From assembly GCA_965649825.1 (NCBI GenBank), contig OZ287707.1:426292-490291 (forward strand): a stretch of 64,000 nucleotides of DNA. Direction: 5' to 3'. A program made the translations under genes and the position numbers. This DNA comes from Penicillus capitatus (Eukaryota; Plantae; Chlorophyta). The first letter of the stretch is position 1. The number at the start of each line of letters is the position of its first letter. A model generated the notes under the pieces. That model had not been told where the DNA came from. It saw only the letters and a program-made list of their open reading frames with translations, and did no database searches. This document shows, in pieces, positions 49,830 through 61,599 of this stretch.

Positions 49830-51287
49830 ATGGCAGTCGAAACGGCAGAGGCAAAGAAGACGGGGGATTTTCAGTTGTCCGACCTGGATGACGACGTCGA
49901 TATTGACGTTATGACTGAGGTTCAGCAAAAGAGCGAACCTATGCAACTGCCAGACCAAAAAGAAGAAGAGCCAAAAGACACGCCTCCCAAAACGCAGCCA
50001 TCGAACAAGACGGAAGAGGTGACGGACAACGTAGGACCGGCCAGCTGGTCTGGATTCCTAAAGAAAAAACTCGGGAGCTTCAAGGGCGAGACGACAGAAA
50101 AGACGAATGCAGCAGAAACCAAAAAGAGAGATTGGTCGAAGGAACAGGAAGCTTTGGCGAAGCTCAAAACGAGTGCTGTCACGTGGGGATGCGATTCTGT
50201 ATCGTCAATGAGATGTGACAGGAGTGACTTGTGTACAGAACGTTGAATCAGATGGGGACTCGGTTCAATGAAGGCAGTGCTTATCTGTATGAAGCTTCCA
50301 AGCGAACAGCCCATGCCACAGCAGAGAATCTCAGAAAGATACGCCTGTTTAAGACACCGATTGAAGTGACAACCGCAGCCTATCTCTCGACGTTGATGTA
50401 AGACGGACGCATTGTTGCCAGGCCGTTTGTCGTAATGAAGCTGCTCAGAAGCCCTGTTCGCGTTTGTTGTTGATTTGTTGCACTGCCATTGCGCAGTGTG
50501 GGTTGCCAAAGGAAGAGATCTTCAAGCAAGATGTACCTGAAGAACTGATCCACGCCGTTTCTGTCCATTTTGTTAAGGGTAACGATCAAGCTGCGTCAGA
50601 AAGCTGATGAATGGTTGGCGTCTTGTTAGAGAGTGGAGCCGTCTTGCCTCCTAGTGGTGCGACACCGGCCGTATTGCTGGGCGTGGTCAAGAAGTTCTTG
50701 ATTGAAATGGACGAACCATTGCTGACATACAAGTACAGCATGGCTCAAATAGATCTTTCATGAAAGGGGTGACCTAGACTGGTCGATGATTGGATTGAAT
50801 CGGGAACGTATCCTCAGATAGCGAAGGAAGTGATGCTTCAGTTGCCAGCTGCGAATCGTCATTCGTTTGACGTGATTCTGGACTGCCTGAATCGAGTGGC
50901 CTCATATTCCAGCAAAGAAAGCATCGAAGCTGATGAACTGGCTGAAGATATGGCTCCCTATTTGCTGTGGAGACTCGCCAAGCCACCCGTCAGAAAAGTT
51001 GATCAATGCTCGTTTGCGCGTTTTGAAATGATCATTCCCTCTTGCTGTAGAATCTCAAATCCTCTGGGAATTTCTCCAGAATGTTTATGAATAAACAACA
51101 GTCGTTACACGAAGAGAGAGAAATGGAAGAATCGGCCCCAAAAGACCCTTCATCTGTCACAGACGGATCGTTCCATGAGAGATCAGATAACAGCGATAAG
51201 CAAGGGAGAATTCCGTTGGAAGGAGAGGAGCTCAGAAATCTGATTCATGCACTCACGTATCTCATCTTCAATGCCAAGATGTCTTAG
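49830..51287 (+). CDS. RhoGAP-domain protein, multi-exon
   Basis: RPFVVMKLL, CGLPKEEIFKQD, LLGVVKKFLIEMDEPLLTY, QLPAANRHSFDVILDCLNRVAS...ELAEDMAPYLLW. Confidence 0.8.
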
Positions 51288-51522
51288 CTGTGCACCAACA
51301 CACTCTTGGTTGGCATCGTCGAAGATCTTTTAGATGAAAAACATTTACACCATGTAACCTCTTAATCGGTTTTTGGTAGCGACACAAGAACTGCTAAGAA
51401 CACCGCTTATCTGTCAGCGACACCGTTTCGGAAATATCCGTAAGGGCATGAAGATAGATGTCAAGGGATCAAGATGCAGAAAAAGAAACAATAACAAATT
51501 AATAGCACTCGTGCGTGATCAT

Positions 51523-52952
51523 CTAGTTGCTCTTCTTCGTTGTCTGGGTTGTTTCAACCCTTAGCAGCGATTTGAATGTTTCGTACACGAAATAGCTGAG
51601 AGCAGCGCTTGGCAGCGCTTGAAATGTATTCAAGAAGCAGCCTGCGTAGAAACCACTCAATCCTTGGGTTCTGACAATAGTGCTGCAGGCATAAGAGAGA
51701 GAATGAAGTGATCTTCCGACACCGTTCCTCGCCACAACGCCATTGACCAAAGCCATGGCACCATTGCCGCCGGCCTGTAACTGAACCTGACGACGAATCA
51801 CTTCGAGCGGATAAACAACAGCTTCGGCACACATTCCAGCGATGGCACCGTACAACAAGGAATGCAGCACCGGCAATTCCATTCCCGATTGAGATTTGAC
51901 CGATTTCCCTAGAACCCACCAGATCGCATCTATATGATCATCGAGATGCCATGATCTGACCCCCAGAATGTAAGGCCTCGTTGCGGAGGTATGCATGTTT
52001 CAGTGTTCCATAGACACCACAGAAGACAGCACTTGAGGGAGCAATGCTCAGTACTCCTGGTATACAGCCTGTTGCCAAACAGCTCCAGCGAGAAACGAAC
52101 CGGCATGGTGATTTACGAACTAACCCTTGTACAATGCCCCGACGCCCTCTGTCTTGACAATCTCTTGAAAGGCATGAACGACGCCGCTGTACTGGAAACC
52201 GCTTCTCGATGATAGCAACCGTGTTCGAACTGTGTCCAATGGAAGACACGCTAACAGTGCAGTCACTCCTGCCAATGCCCCCGCCGTAAATCTTTCCGTC
52301 CCACTTATCTCATCTCGATGCGTTGTTTTCATCAATAACTTGCAATACGTGTCAAACGCAAAAAAGTTGACTGCCTACAAAGGCGTTTCACAAATTTTGT
52401 GTGATCGTAGGGAGGGAGTACTCTGAAAGGAGCGGTTCGTATGATGTTGAGTAGATTGCCTCTCCAGAATCCGGTTATGCCTTCGGTTCTCAGAATCTCC
52501 ATGCATGTGCCCTGAGGGCCATGAGATGTATTGTTTAAAACAATGTCCATACGAACACGCTCGATCGGAGCCACCACTGTCTTGCACACAGCTGCAGACA
52601 AAGCCCCCGCTAATAGGTGTCTCCCACACACAAGACTCTGTTCCAATCTCCTCGAAAGGAGCTGAAAAATTCGCCTCGCTCGTTGTCTGTTTTCTGTTCT
52701 TTCTCGGATAGGAGTTGTCACAAATCGAGTGATAGAGTGAACGAAACCGACGTCCCACATCTCGCGTTGTTCAAGATCGCGACAGACGAGAGAGAGTGTT
52801 GCCGTGAGAGTCATCGGTGGACGTCGGACGCGACGACGCCGACGCGAGTTGCCATCGCGGACTTTGCCTTCGTCCGAGAAGACGACGATGCCTTCAGCAC
52901 ATGGATCGGCCATCAAACGGTACGTCGTTTCAGCACATGACACGCCAAACAT
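51523..52952 (-). CDS. Mitochondrial carrier family transporter (Brittle-1/BTL-like); ATG at 52952 or 52913
   Basis: Three carrier repeats: [10 protein letters not shown]...[27 protein letters not shown]...[18 protein letters not shown]...GFYAG. Confidence 0.9.
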
Positions 52953-53779
52953 TGCCGCAAAGAGAAGAGGGGAGGGATCGTCCACAGACGACGATAGCTC
53001 CGAGCATTCTGTCTTCGGACTTTGCCCGACTGGCGCATGAGTGCGAGAAAATGATGGAGCTGGGAGCGGATTGGCTGCACGTGGATGTGATGGATGGACA
53101 CTTTGTGCCGAATCTGACGCTGGGACCGCCCATTCTCAGATCTCTGCGGCGGCACACGGACGTGTTCTTGGACTGCCACCTCATGGTGACGCATCCGGAG
53201 AAGTGGGTGTCTGCTTTTGCCCGAGCGGGGGCTGACATGTTCACGTTTCATTTGGAAGCGGTGGCGGATCCGTCGACGATGGGCAGTCGAGATGAAAAGG
53301 TGAGAAGAGAGAAAAGACTGATGAAAAGGCAGAGAAAATGTGACAGGTTCTGCAACTGGTCGGCGAGATCCGACAAGCGGGAATGCACGTGGGCGTGGCG
53401 CTCAAGCCTGCAACGCCTGTCGAGTACGTTCTGCCTTATCTGGCCGAAGTGGACCTGGTTCTGGTCCTGACGGTGGAGCCAGGGTTCGGAGGACAGTCCT
53501 TCATGGAGGACAAGGTCTGCAATGGGACAGCAGCCTCTCTTTCTCCTTAATTGGCAGTATCTGTATGTACAGGTGAAGAAATGTCAACAGCTTCGGGAAG
53601 CGTCGCGAGACGTGCAGATCGAGGTGGATGGAGGTCTGGCTCCCGACACCATCGACAAGGCCGCTGCCGTCGGTGCCAACATCATCGTGGCAGGCAGTTC
53701 CATCTTCGGAGCTCAAGATCCAAAATCCGTCATCGAACAGCTTCGCAGCAGCGTCGACAGCGCCGCCACTTCTGCCTGA
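52937..53779 (+). CDS. RPE: Ribulose-phosphate 3-epimerase (cytosolic type)
   Basis: [68 protein letters not shown]; two introns; TGA at 53779. Confidence 0.96.
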
Positions 53780-55075
53780 TCCTATCGCAGAATGCTCCCT
53801 CTATGTCGACTCGCTTTCCAAACACAAATGCTCATCTTCATAATGATGTACGTGAACTGTAACGTACCTTGTCGTTTGTGCGCGTCGAGACGAGATGACC
53901 ACTGGCTTGCGAACGAACAATCAGCCTTCTTGAACGTACGAAAATTCATCAGCATGACAAAACATCAATCATCACTTATGTGTTTGGATCGTGTAAGGAC
54001 CCAGAACAAGTAGTAAGAAGGGATCTAAGATGATGACGATCAAAACGAATGAAGTCTCATGATACATAAACACGGAAGTCAAACAGTCAGACTGTAATAC
54101 TTGCCTCTGCGTTTTCCTCTGTTGCCTATTTCGTTTCGGTGCATACTTTCACACCGGACAATGGCCAGTTCATTGTTCTCTGATGGGGCATTTTTAGAGG
54201 AATGCAGTCCAACAGACAGTGCTGGATACACAAAAAGTGCTTCATAAGAAACACGTCACTCTGTCGGGGCTTTCAGACTTGCTGACCTATCGTTTCTTGT
54301 AGCTACTATGAGCATTGAGCTCACCAACTAGAGGTTTTATCTCCTGCTTGACCTTTCTTCTTTTTTCTGGTTTGTTCTTTCTCACCTTCACTCATGTCTA
54401 CTGCTCACAGTGTCCACGACGAGCGACAGACAAGAAGTGTTCGCAGTGTTAGTCAAATCGCAAGAAACCGAGTTCAATATAAAAAACAAAGATAACTGCA
54501 CTGTTGAAGATTTTCCTTGCAACTGCAGCAACGCGGACGGGCTCAAATTGACACCGACTGTGATGATGTTCTGGTTGTAGCTCGGCCAAGGAATGAACAG
54601 GAAACACCTGTAACGGGATGTGTCTCTCATTGTTCTCAGCATCCGTCCAGAACTACATATGCTTGGATTGCTCTTTTTACAACATGCACGACAAACTGCG
54701 AAAAATGATAGACATCTATCTGACAAAGAGTTTTTTCTTCAAAAGAAACCCATTCTCAGAGGTTTTATCAGCCTTCCGGCCAGAAAAGCCAGAAGACATG
54801 ATCTTCTATTTGTGCAGAGAAACACAAACGTTGGACTCTGAACGCCGAAATAGTTCTTCCTCTACCGGTCTATTTGTCCAAGCGTGTTCTGTGTCTCGGC
54901 TGACACAAGATCGCTTTCTCCTTGATACGACTAGAAGGTGTTTCGAAAGCAGTCGTGGTTCGAATCAGACAGTTTGACTTTTCACAACCTCGCAGATGGT
55001 TAGAATTGACTGTCGCGACTGAACCAGTGAATGAGATATCGACCGATGCTCCTTCGTTTCGCCGGACGGCATAGT

Positions 55076-55265
55076 TTTCTTGTAACGAACACGTGCGCCG
55101 TTTCCTGTTGGTTTTGTTGTCTCTGGCGAAACTTTCCTGTTCTTGTAACGAGCAAGTTCGTCGTATCCTGTCCGTTTCGTTTTCTCTGAGGAAACGTACG
55201 TTTACATAATCGTCACGGACACGTATGTAGTTTCCTGTCCGTTTCGTTTTCAGTGGAGAATTACA
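55076..55265. repeat. Three degenerate tandem copies of a ~62-67 bp unit
   Basis: Recurring ttcttgtaacga (x2) and tcctgtccgtttcgttttc (exact 19-mer x2). Confidence 0.7.
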
Positions 55266-55457
55266 GATTTATGTTATCGTTTAGTAACCCTTTAGCTTGC
55301 AGACGTGTCAAACGCTGCAAGTTTGTACGTTTTCTTCGGTTCGGCGCTTAGTCCGAGACGTATAAAAGCAAATCCATTACACCAAATATATTTTGCCTTG
55401 TTTACGTTGTTTTCCTTTTGTCACTGCCTATCGAAACAGTCAAAACTTTCGTTTACA

Positions 55458-56084
55458 ATGACACAAACTAAAAAATTCTCGTTGTTGTCTGCGCTTTTTT
55501 TTGCTGTTGGCGACCGTGCCGAGTTCGACGGCAAAGTGCTGTCCGACTCCTTTCACCTGCGACAGCTTCTGGACAAGCTCTAGTGGGTCGGTCGCCGACC
55601 TGTGCAGCCGGACCTCGTTGAGCGTTGCGGACTCAGGGAATAGGAAAGTCAGCGCCGTCAAGAACTGCTACGTCTTGGACGAAGACACATGGTTTCAAGT
55701 AACGTGTGGTAAAAACAAAAAATACAATATCGGCGCAAGTTTCCTTGGCGGCGCTGACAATTGTATCCGTTTTAACGAAAACAGTCTCGCCTTCTATTGG
55801 GAAACCGAAACGACGGTTACGGGGTAGATGAGATACCAGACGATGATGACTGGAACAAACCTTTCGCCGACAGGCTGGTGTATGATGCTTCTACTCCGGC
55901 GCATACTCTGGCTATCAAAATCCACTATGTGAACAGTACCATTTGGTACAGACAATCGCGGAGGAAGGCCATCGACTTCAAACTTCCATCTGCCTTTCGT
56001 GGAAAGCCTCTCTATGCCCACGTCCAAGTCTGGGACGGCAATTCTCTAACACACGAAAGCGGAGGTGATTGTACCTGCGGTTGA
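55458..56084 (+). pseudogene. Intronless secreted Cys-containing orphan (~205 aa) split by two single-base frameshifts
   Basis: ATG 55458 MTQTKKFSLLSALF; shift in the T8 run (~55495-55502) into LLLATVPSSTA-KCCPTPFTC...; second shift near 55800 into NRNDGYGVDEIPD...GDCTCG*. These could be assembly errors. Confidence 0.6.
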
Positions 56085-56699
56085 CTTCTGAATACGTTTG
56101 AAAAGCGCAGCTGGTTCAAGACGGCCTGAACTTGAGATTGAACTCAATTTTGACGTCACGGTTTCTGAAACGAGCTGCAATGTTATTTGATAACAAACAA
56201 ACAAAAAGAGGGTTTAATTCGAGAATAGGAAGGTTTTGTTGTTTGAAGTTTGATAAAGAATATTCACTTTGCTTGTGGGCATGGAAACGATGCAGGGGGT
56301 ATTCTCTAGATCATTGCATTTGCCTGTTTAGTTGACCATAAAACTTCGAAATTAGGGGGGTCATTCAGTCGTACGATGGTCTACTGCATTGCAAAGTTTG
56401 ACGATAGCCATTTTGTTTGTGGACAGGAGACAAACACAGCAGTAATTCTCTAAATCATCTCTATCTCTCTTGTTCACTAGGCCATGAAACTATCTGGAAC
56501 ATTTCCATTGCAATCATGTTGTCACACAGTGTAATGCTCAGCATCGTCGTGGACGAAAATTCTAACTCTCGTAACAAAAACGATACCATCGAACTTCGTG
56601 ATCGCTATACGTTCGTCTTCGGAGGGTTGTCAGATGATGCCTGGTATTGTTGCGTTGTCTGTTACGCGATCTCTTTGGAGAGCGTTTTATCAGAAAGCT

Positions 56700-57200
56700 C
56701 GAAATCTTCTTTGGTGGCGGATAGAAAGAGTCGTCTACGTATTAGGAAGACAGCTGAATTGAACTGGGACAACGATTAGATTCTGACCATCGCCTTGGTG
56801 AACAATGTCTGACTGAACAATATCCACAGAGAACGCCACATTCATTTCTGGACAGATGGCGCAATCGAACCTGCTTCCACGTGACTTCTGGATAGATCGA
56901 GGTGACTCTGGAACGAAATCCGGTACTTGTAGTGAAGAGAGATATCGCTGCACAGAACGATATGCGCCACGAGATGCTCGATCTATGCGTCCGATTCCGT
57001 TGATACCTGAGACAAGCGAAACAGAATGAGTTTCCTGTAGACACATGTCCAGAGACACTGGAGTCCCCATTGAATGCCATCGAGTTCGAACGGCTCCGTC
57101 ATGGACATGTCACCATGTTGTAGGTTGCCGAAATCTCTGATGCGCAACTGCACAGAGAAGAACAGACATTCCTCGAAGATGCTTGCGCGTGACATACTTG
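56700..57200 (-). pseudogene. MATH-domain fragment, probable paralog of the neighbouring gene; intact or decayed status unclear
   Basis: VQLRIRDFGNLQHGDMSMTEPFELDGIQWGLQC matches the MATH first strands; downstream frames are broken. Confidence 0.5.
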
Positions 57201-57662
57201 GCTGGACCCTCCGGCTGGAGTCGACAGCACCCTTTCAGAGTATTCCTCCAGTTTGTGCTCGTTCTGTGAGGCTGTCGACGAAGATCATTCGTTGTGACGC
57301 AATGGAGAGGCGATCCTGCTCGGCGACCGATGTTGAAACAGCGCAACGCCTTAATGTAGCGATAACCGATCGCACCACGAAACGAAAAGTGATTAGATGA
57401 CGTCTCCCCAAACCGATCACCCTTGCAGAACGTTTCGCCTCGACGATCTGAATTGGACGTCCATGGATAGCGGAAGGGAAGACGAAAGAGAGACGCTGCC
57501 AGGCCGCTCGTGTATGACGGTCGGTCATGAAATTCTCGCAGCCGCCTCGGCAGATCTTCCAGACGATTCATGAAAAGTTAAACAGGCGCTTTTTCTGTGT
57601 GCGTGTGCGCACATACTGTGATCGCCGTTTGTCAGAGAAGATAATGCATTCAAATCAGATTT

Positions 57663-59418
57663 TTAGAACATCTTGAAGATGGTGTGCTGAATGGCGGCGC
57701 GACAAATGGGACATCGCGCCTGCGCCTGCTGTGAGATCTTCAGAGCACAGGGTTCACAGACGCAACGATGGGAACTGAGAACACAATAACAGCGGCACGG
57801 GGAGATAGCATGCATATGGCGGGATCCTACGTTGTGCCGTGAAGAAAGCCGGAAGTCCGTGGGGCATCCATGCAGACAACGCACATGTCATCGTCGTATA
57901 CCTTGCCATGCAAAAGACAGAGATCATTGAAGCCGTCGCGGGTCAATGGTTGGCACCTGCGATTCTCGAGTCCGTGGATGTTCTCTCTCCCTTTTCTGTT
58001 CCTCTTCGGTGGAGACCTCGAGTCTTTGTAAGTAGAGGGATTTCAGTTCATTTTGAACGGTTTCTTCAGAAACGTCCTGTCCGTCAAGCCTCAGACGCAC
58101 GACAACCACTGATCCAGAAACAACGCCGGTCTAAGGACAGCGATCAACGAGATGGATGAGGTGTCCCGTGTGCATTGCTCACATCGAGAACAGAGGCACA
58201 GAAATTCGAGAGATGTCGGACACTGAGATCGCCTTCTTCGATGTAGACATCGAATCCTGTGCCGATGGGGACAGATGCTAGATCGACGATGCTGGCGATG
58301 AAATCCAGACATCTCTTGGACCTGGAAATCTGCAGAGATCCCACATACGTCAATGCGTTCGCTTCTGGATCATAAAGCTTGCAGAAAACAGTGGCATCGT
58401 TGTCTACAATGTGGGGAAAAGGTCTGTAGCGAGGCCGACGTTCTTGAAACAGGGTCAGCCACAGTTGCCCTCTGAACATGTCTGTGCGAAGGTCTCCAAA
58501 CTTGGTAAAGACTGGCACCGTGTTCAGATTTTGCAGCAAGATAACGCCTCGTGCCGTACGTTTGCAGGCCCACAAGCGACTGTTTGGCATCTGGATACAC
58601 CAAGAACAGAGCGTGATTTGAGGTCCGATAGATTTGACAGCACCGTCAGGGTACTGACAGCCGAATTGCGTTTGGCAATATGATGTCGTCTTCTCTTAAC
58701 AGATGCGAGACCAAACGGGCATCCCTCTCTCATATTCTCACGTATGCTGTCTTCTGAGACAATCTCCACAGAGATAAGCCCCATGTCGTCCCCGATGGTA
58801 GGAGATATTGCTCTTGCAACGACACTCTTGATGTTGTACAGCAAGATGGTCAGGACAAGAGTGTTGTCTACTACGAAGCCTGCAATGGGATTGAGGATGG
58901 TGTCGTAGTCTGGATAATCATTATCATTGAAAAATACAGAGCAGAAAGGAAAGGTCTGACAAAACCCGTCTAGAATGCACAAATCCGGTGATCAAGGAAC
59001 AGCTGCAGCATTGGGGACACACATATCTGCGCGAAGGTTTGGTCGGAACTGAACTGATTGCGGAATGAGATGGAGATATCGAACGTGATTGTCCTCGCAT
59101 TGCAGTAGAGAAGCTGCACGAAAATTTTCTCGCGACCGCCTGCTATAGGAAAGGTTCGACAGAAAACCACTTTCCTGTTGAACATGCTTTTCATTAAGAG
59201 GACAACGCCTCTGGTGGTTTACCACTTGAGCCCTCCGATGACGAGAATCTCGCTCTGGAAGAGATCGTCGTGCCTCCATCGCTGAACATTCTTTAGTCGA
59301 AACTGAAAAGACAACGTCACTCGGCATAGGAGTTCTTGCGTTTGGTGCAATTGACCTCAACGAAACCGCCGTTTATGTTGGGAGTGACAATTTGGGAGTA
59401 TTCGAATTGGCCATCCAT
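57663..59418 (-). CDS. MATH + USP7-type ubiquitin-like region + C-terminal RING finger, multi-exon
   Basis: ATG 59418; FRLKNVQRW...SEILVIGGLKWKVVF; YDTILNPIAGFVVDNTLVL; FCKLYDPEANALTYVGSL; CVVCMDAPRTSGFLHG...HRCVCEPCA...RCPICR; stop at 57663. Confidence 0.8.
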
Positions 59419-61018
59419 GGTGCGTTAGCGATGCTGTCGGTTGTCGTGAAGACGAACGTCAGCCGTCGCGTACGAAACGCGAGAGAGTTGAAGATAAAGC
59501 AGAAAGCGTTTGGAAGAGGGTCGTGTTTCTGATAAGGCAAAAGGCGTTTAGAAAAGGGTTCGTGTTTCGTCGTCGAAATCCAAAAAACAGGTATTTATGT
59601 AATCATTTCCTCTTCGAGGCAGATGTCAACAAGAAAGGGAAACAGAGTGTAGAAGTTCTCATCGCCAGTCAACGTCATGTCAATCACAAGAAAAACTGTG
59701 ACGTTAACTTTAAAGAGAGGACGCAACCACACAATGCACAAATAAGAAGTCATTGTTCATACAGTGATCATGATGTGACAGACGGAGAACACGGTCTGCT
59801 ATTCTCGCACGCGCGCTGCAAGTTATCATTGAATTCGAAGCACAAAGAAGACAAAAAGACGCTCAAGCGAGGAAGAAATGACACACCTTCTGGGCCAGCG
59901 CGCTTAATGGTGGTCGCGACTGCACTCCGAGACGAATGGATTAACAAACAGCGATAGTTCACAACGAGACTATAGTGATGGCGTCTCTTCTCCACCGCGA
60001 CCTCTTCTAATGAATCCCTGGGCATCAAGACATTGCGTTTTGTGCAATCGATTGTTTTTAGTCCGCGGCTCGTGAACGGGACGTTATCCGTGCATTGGTA
60101 CAAATGTAGGATTGTTCACCACAGCATTACAGGATAACTGACCCTTATGGAGTCCCTTATCTGGGTCTAATCGTGATGCTGCCCTAGAGAAGTAATCTTC
60201 GATAATACACTGTCGAAGGACAGCATACCGCAGAGAGAGAATGGAAGCATTCGAAATTAAATAATAATCTGAAGCCTTCGAGGCAGAATGCACAGAGTTA
60301 TTGAGTCATAAGCAATACAAAGTCTGCAGATCACCTTCTTTCAAAACAGCATCACTGTTGGAAGTGAATATCTTCCGGGTAGCCATCAAAGAATCTTGAC
60401 AGAAGGAAACGCCAATCTTGGAATTTCCGTTGACAAATCTTGCTGCTGCAACGTGCCATGTCACAGAGAAAGCATGTCCATTCGGTCACTTCGACAGTTG
60501 CTGCATCGACGCTCACCTCGAGTTCTGCAAACAGAGAAAAGCTAACTGGGTTTGTGCACACAAGGAGCCTCTGCCTTCGTTGTAATGCAGACATTGCTAA
60601 TAACCTCACTGAGCTGCAGTTCACAAACATAACGATTCTAGTTCACACAACGCCCCCAACGGAACCACCGGTTCTCGACGATTTTCCGGCAACAGACTTC
60701 TGGCGACGATCCTGTGGCGGCGCACTCCACAAAGCCCGTCCGTCAGCTCGTGACCTTAGTCCCTTCACCAAACCCCAAAACGACGCTCCAAGTCAGACCT
60801 ATCCGTTGCTATTCGTAGGGCGACCTTCCGCGACCAGACAAACGAAAACTGCGTCGATGTAGTCTTGCATAGCGAAATAACGGCGAGCCTGAACGCCACC
60901 GACGGCCGATCCCTGCCAATTCACGTCAACGGGAGCCTTCGAAAACAGCTCTCTTGGCTCAGAACCACGCGGATCTCGTCAGCATAACCGTCGACCGATA
61001 AAACCTCGAATCCAAAAC

Positions 61019-61525
61019 CTCGAATCCGTACTGTCTTTCCATTCGACGCACACCCCGGCATCCAGTCTCCAGGGCCTCGTACTGTCTTCCCGGCGACGCA
61101 CACCCCGGCATGCGGCCACCAGGGCCTCGTACTGTCTTCCCGGCGACGCGCACCGCGGCATGCGGCCACCAGGGCCTCGAACCGTCTTCCCATGCGACGC
61201 GCACCCCGGCATGCGGCCACCAGGGCCTCGAACCGTCTTCCCGGCGACGCGCACTCCGGCATGCGGCCACCAGGGCCTCGAACCGTCTTCCCATGCGACG
61301 CGCACCGGCATGCGGCCACCAGGGCCTCGTACTGTCTTCCCGGCGACGCGCACTCCGGCATGCGGCCACCAGGGCCTCGAACCGTCTTCCCATGCGACGC
61401 GCACCGGCATGCGGCCACCAGGGCCTCGTACTGTCTTCCCGGCGACGCGCACCCCGGCATCCAGTCTCCAGGGCCTCGAACCGTCTTCCCATGCGACGCG
61501 CACCGGCATCCGGCCACCAGGGTTA
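61019..61525. repeat. GC-rich minisatellite, about 10 units of 49-51 bp
   Basis: Unit ccagggcctcg(t/a)ac(t/c)gtcttccc(gg/atg)cgacgcgcac(cc/tc/-)cggcatgcggcca; two variant types are interspersed. Confidence 0.97.
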
Positions 61526-61599
61526 CAAAATTTCCTATTCACGACACCTTTCTTATTTCTGGAAAACTATAAGCTGCTAGTACTATCCAACGTGGCCCA

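Noticed and set aside
39782-50509. Antisense ORFs over Egt1, the coiled-coil gene and RhoGAP (e.g. 41364-41684 +, 46844-47281 +, 49922-50509 -)
   Set aside because: Shadow ORFs of real coding strands, with no independent motifs.
54150-55000. Possible decayed membrane-protein gene
   Set aside because: Hydrophobic fragments in shifting frames with no identifiable family.
59520-60630. Possible KDZ/CxC transposase remnant on the minus strand (CFLCDMARC, TLTGDENFY)
   Set aside because: Fragments are short, in different frames and not diagnostic; needs a profile search.
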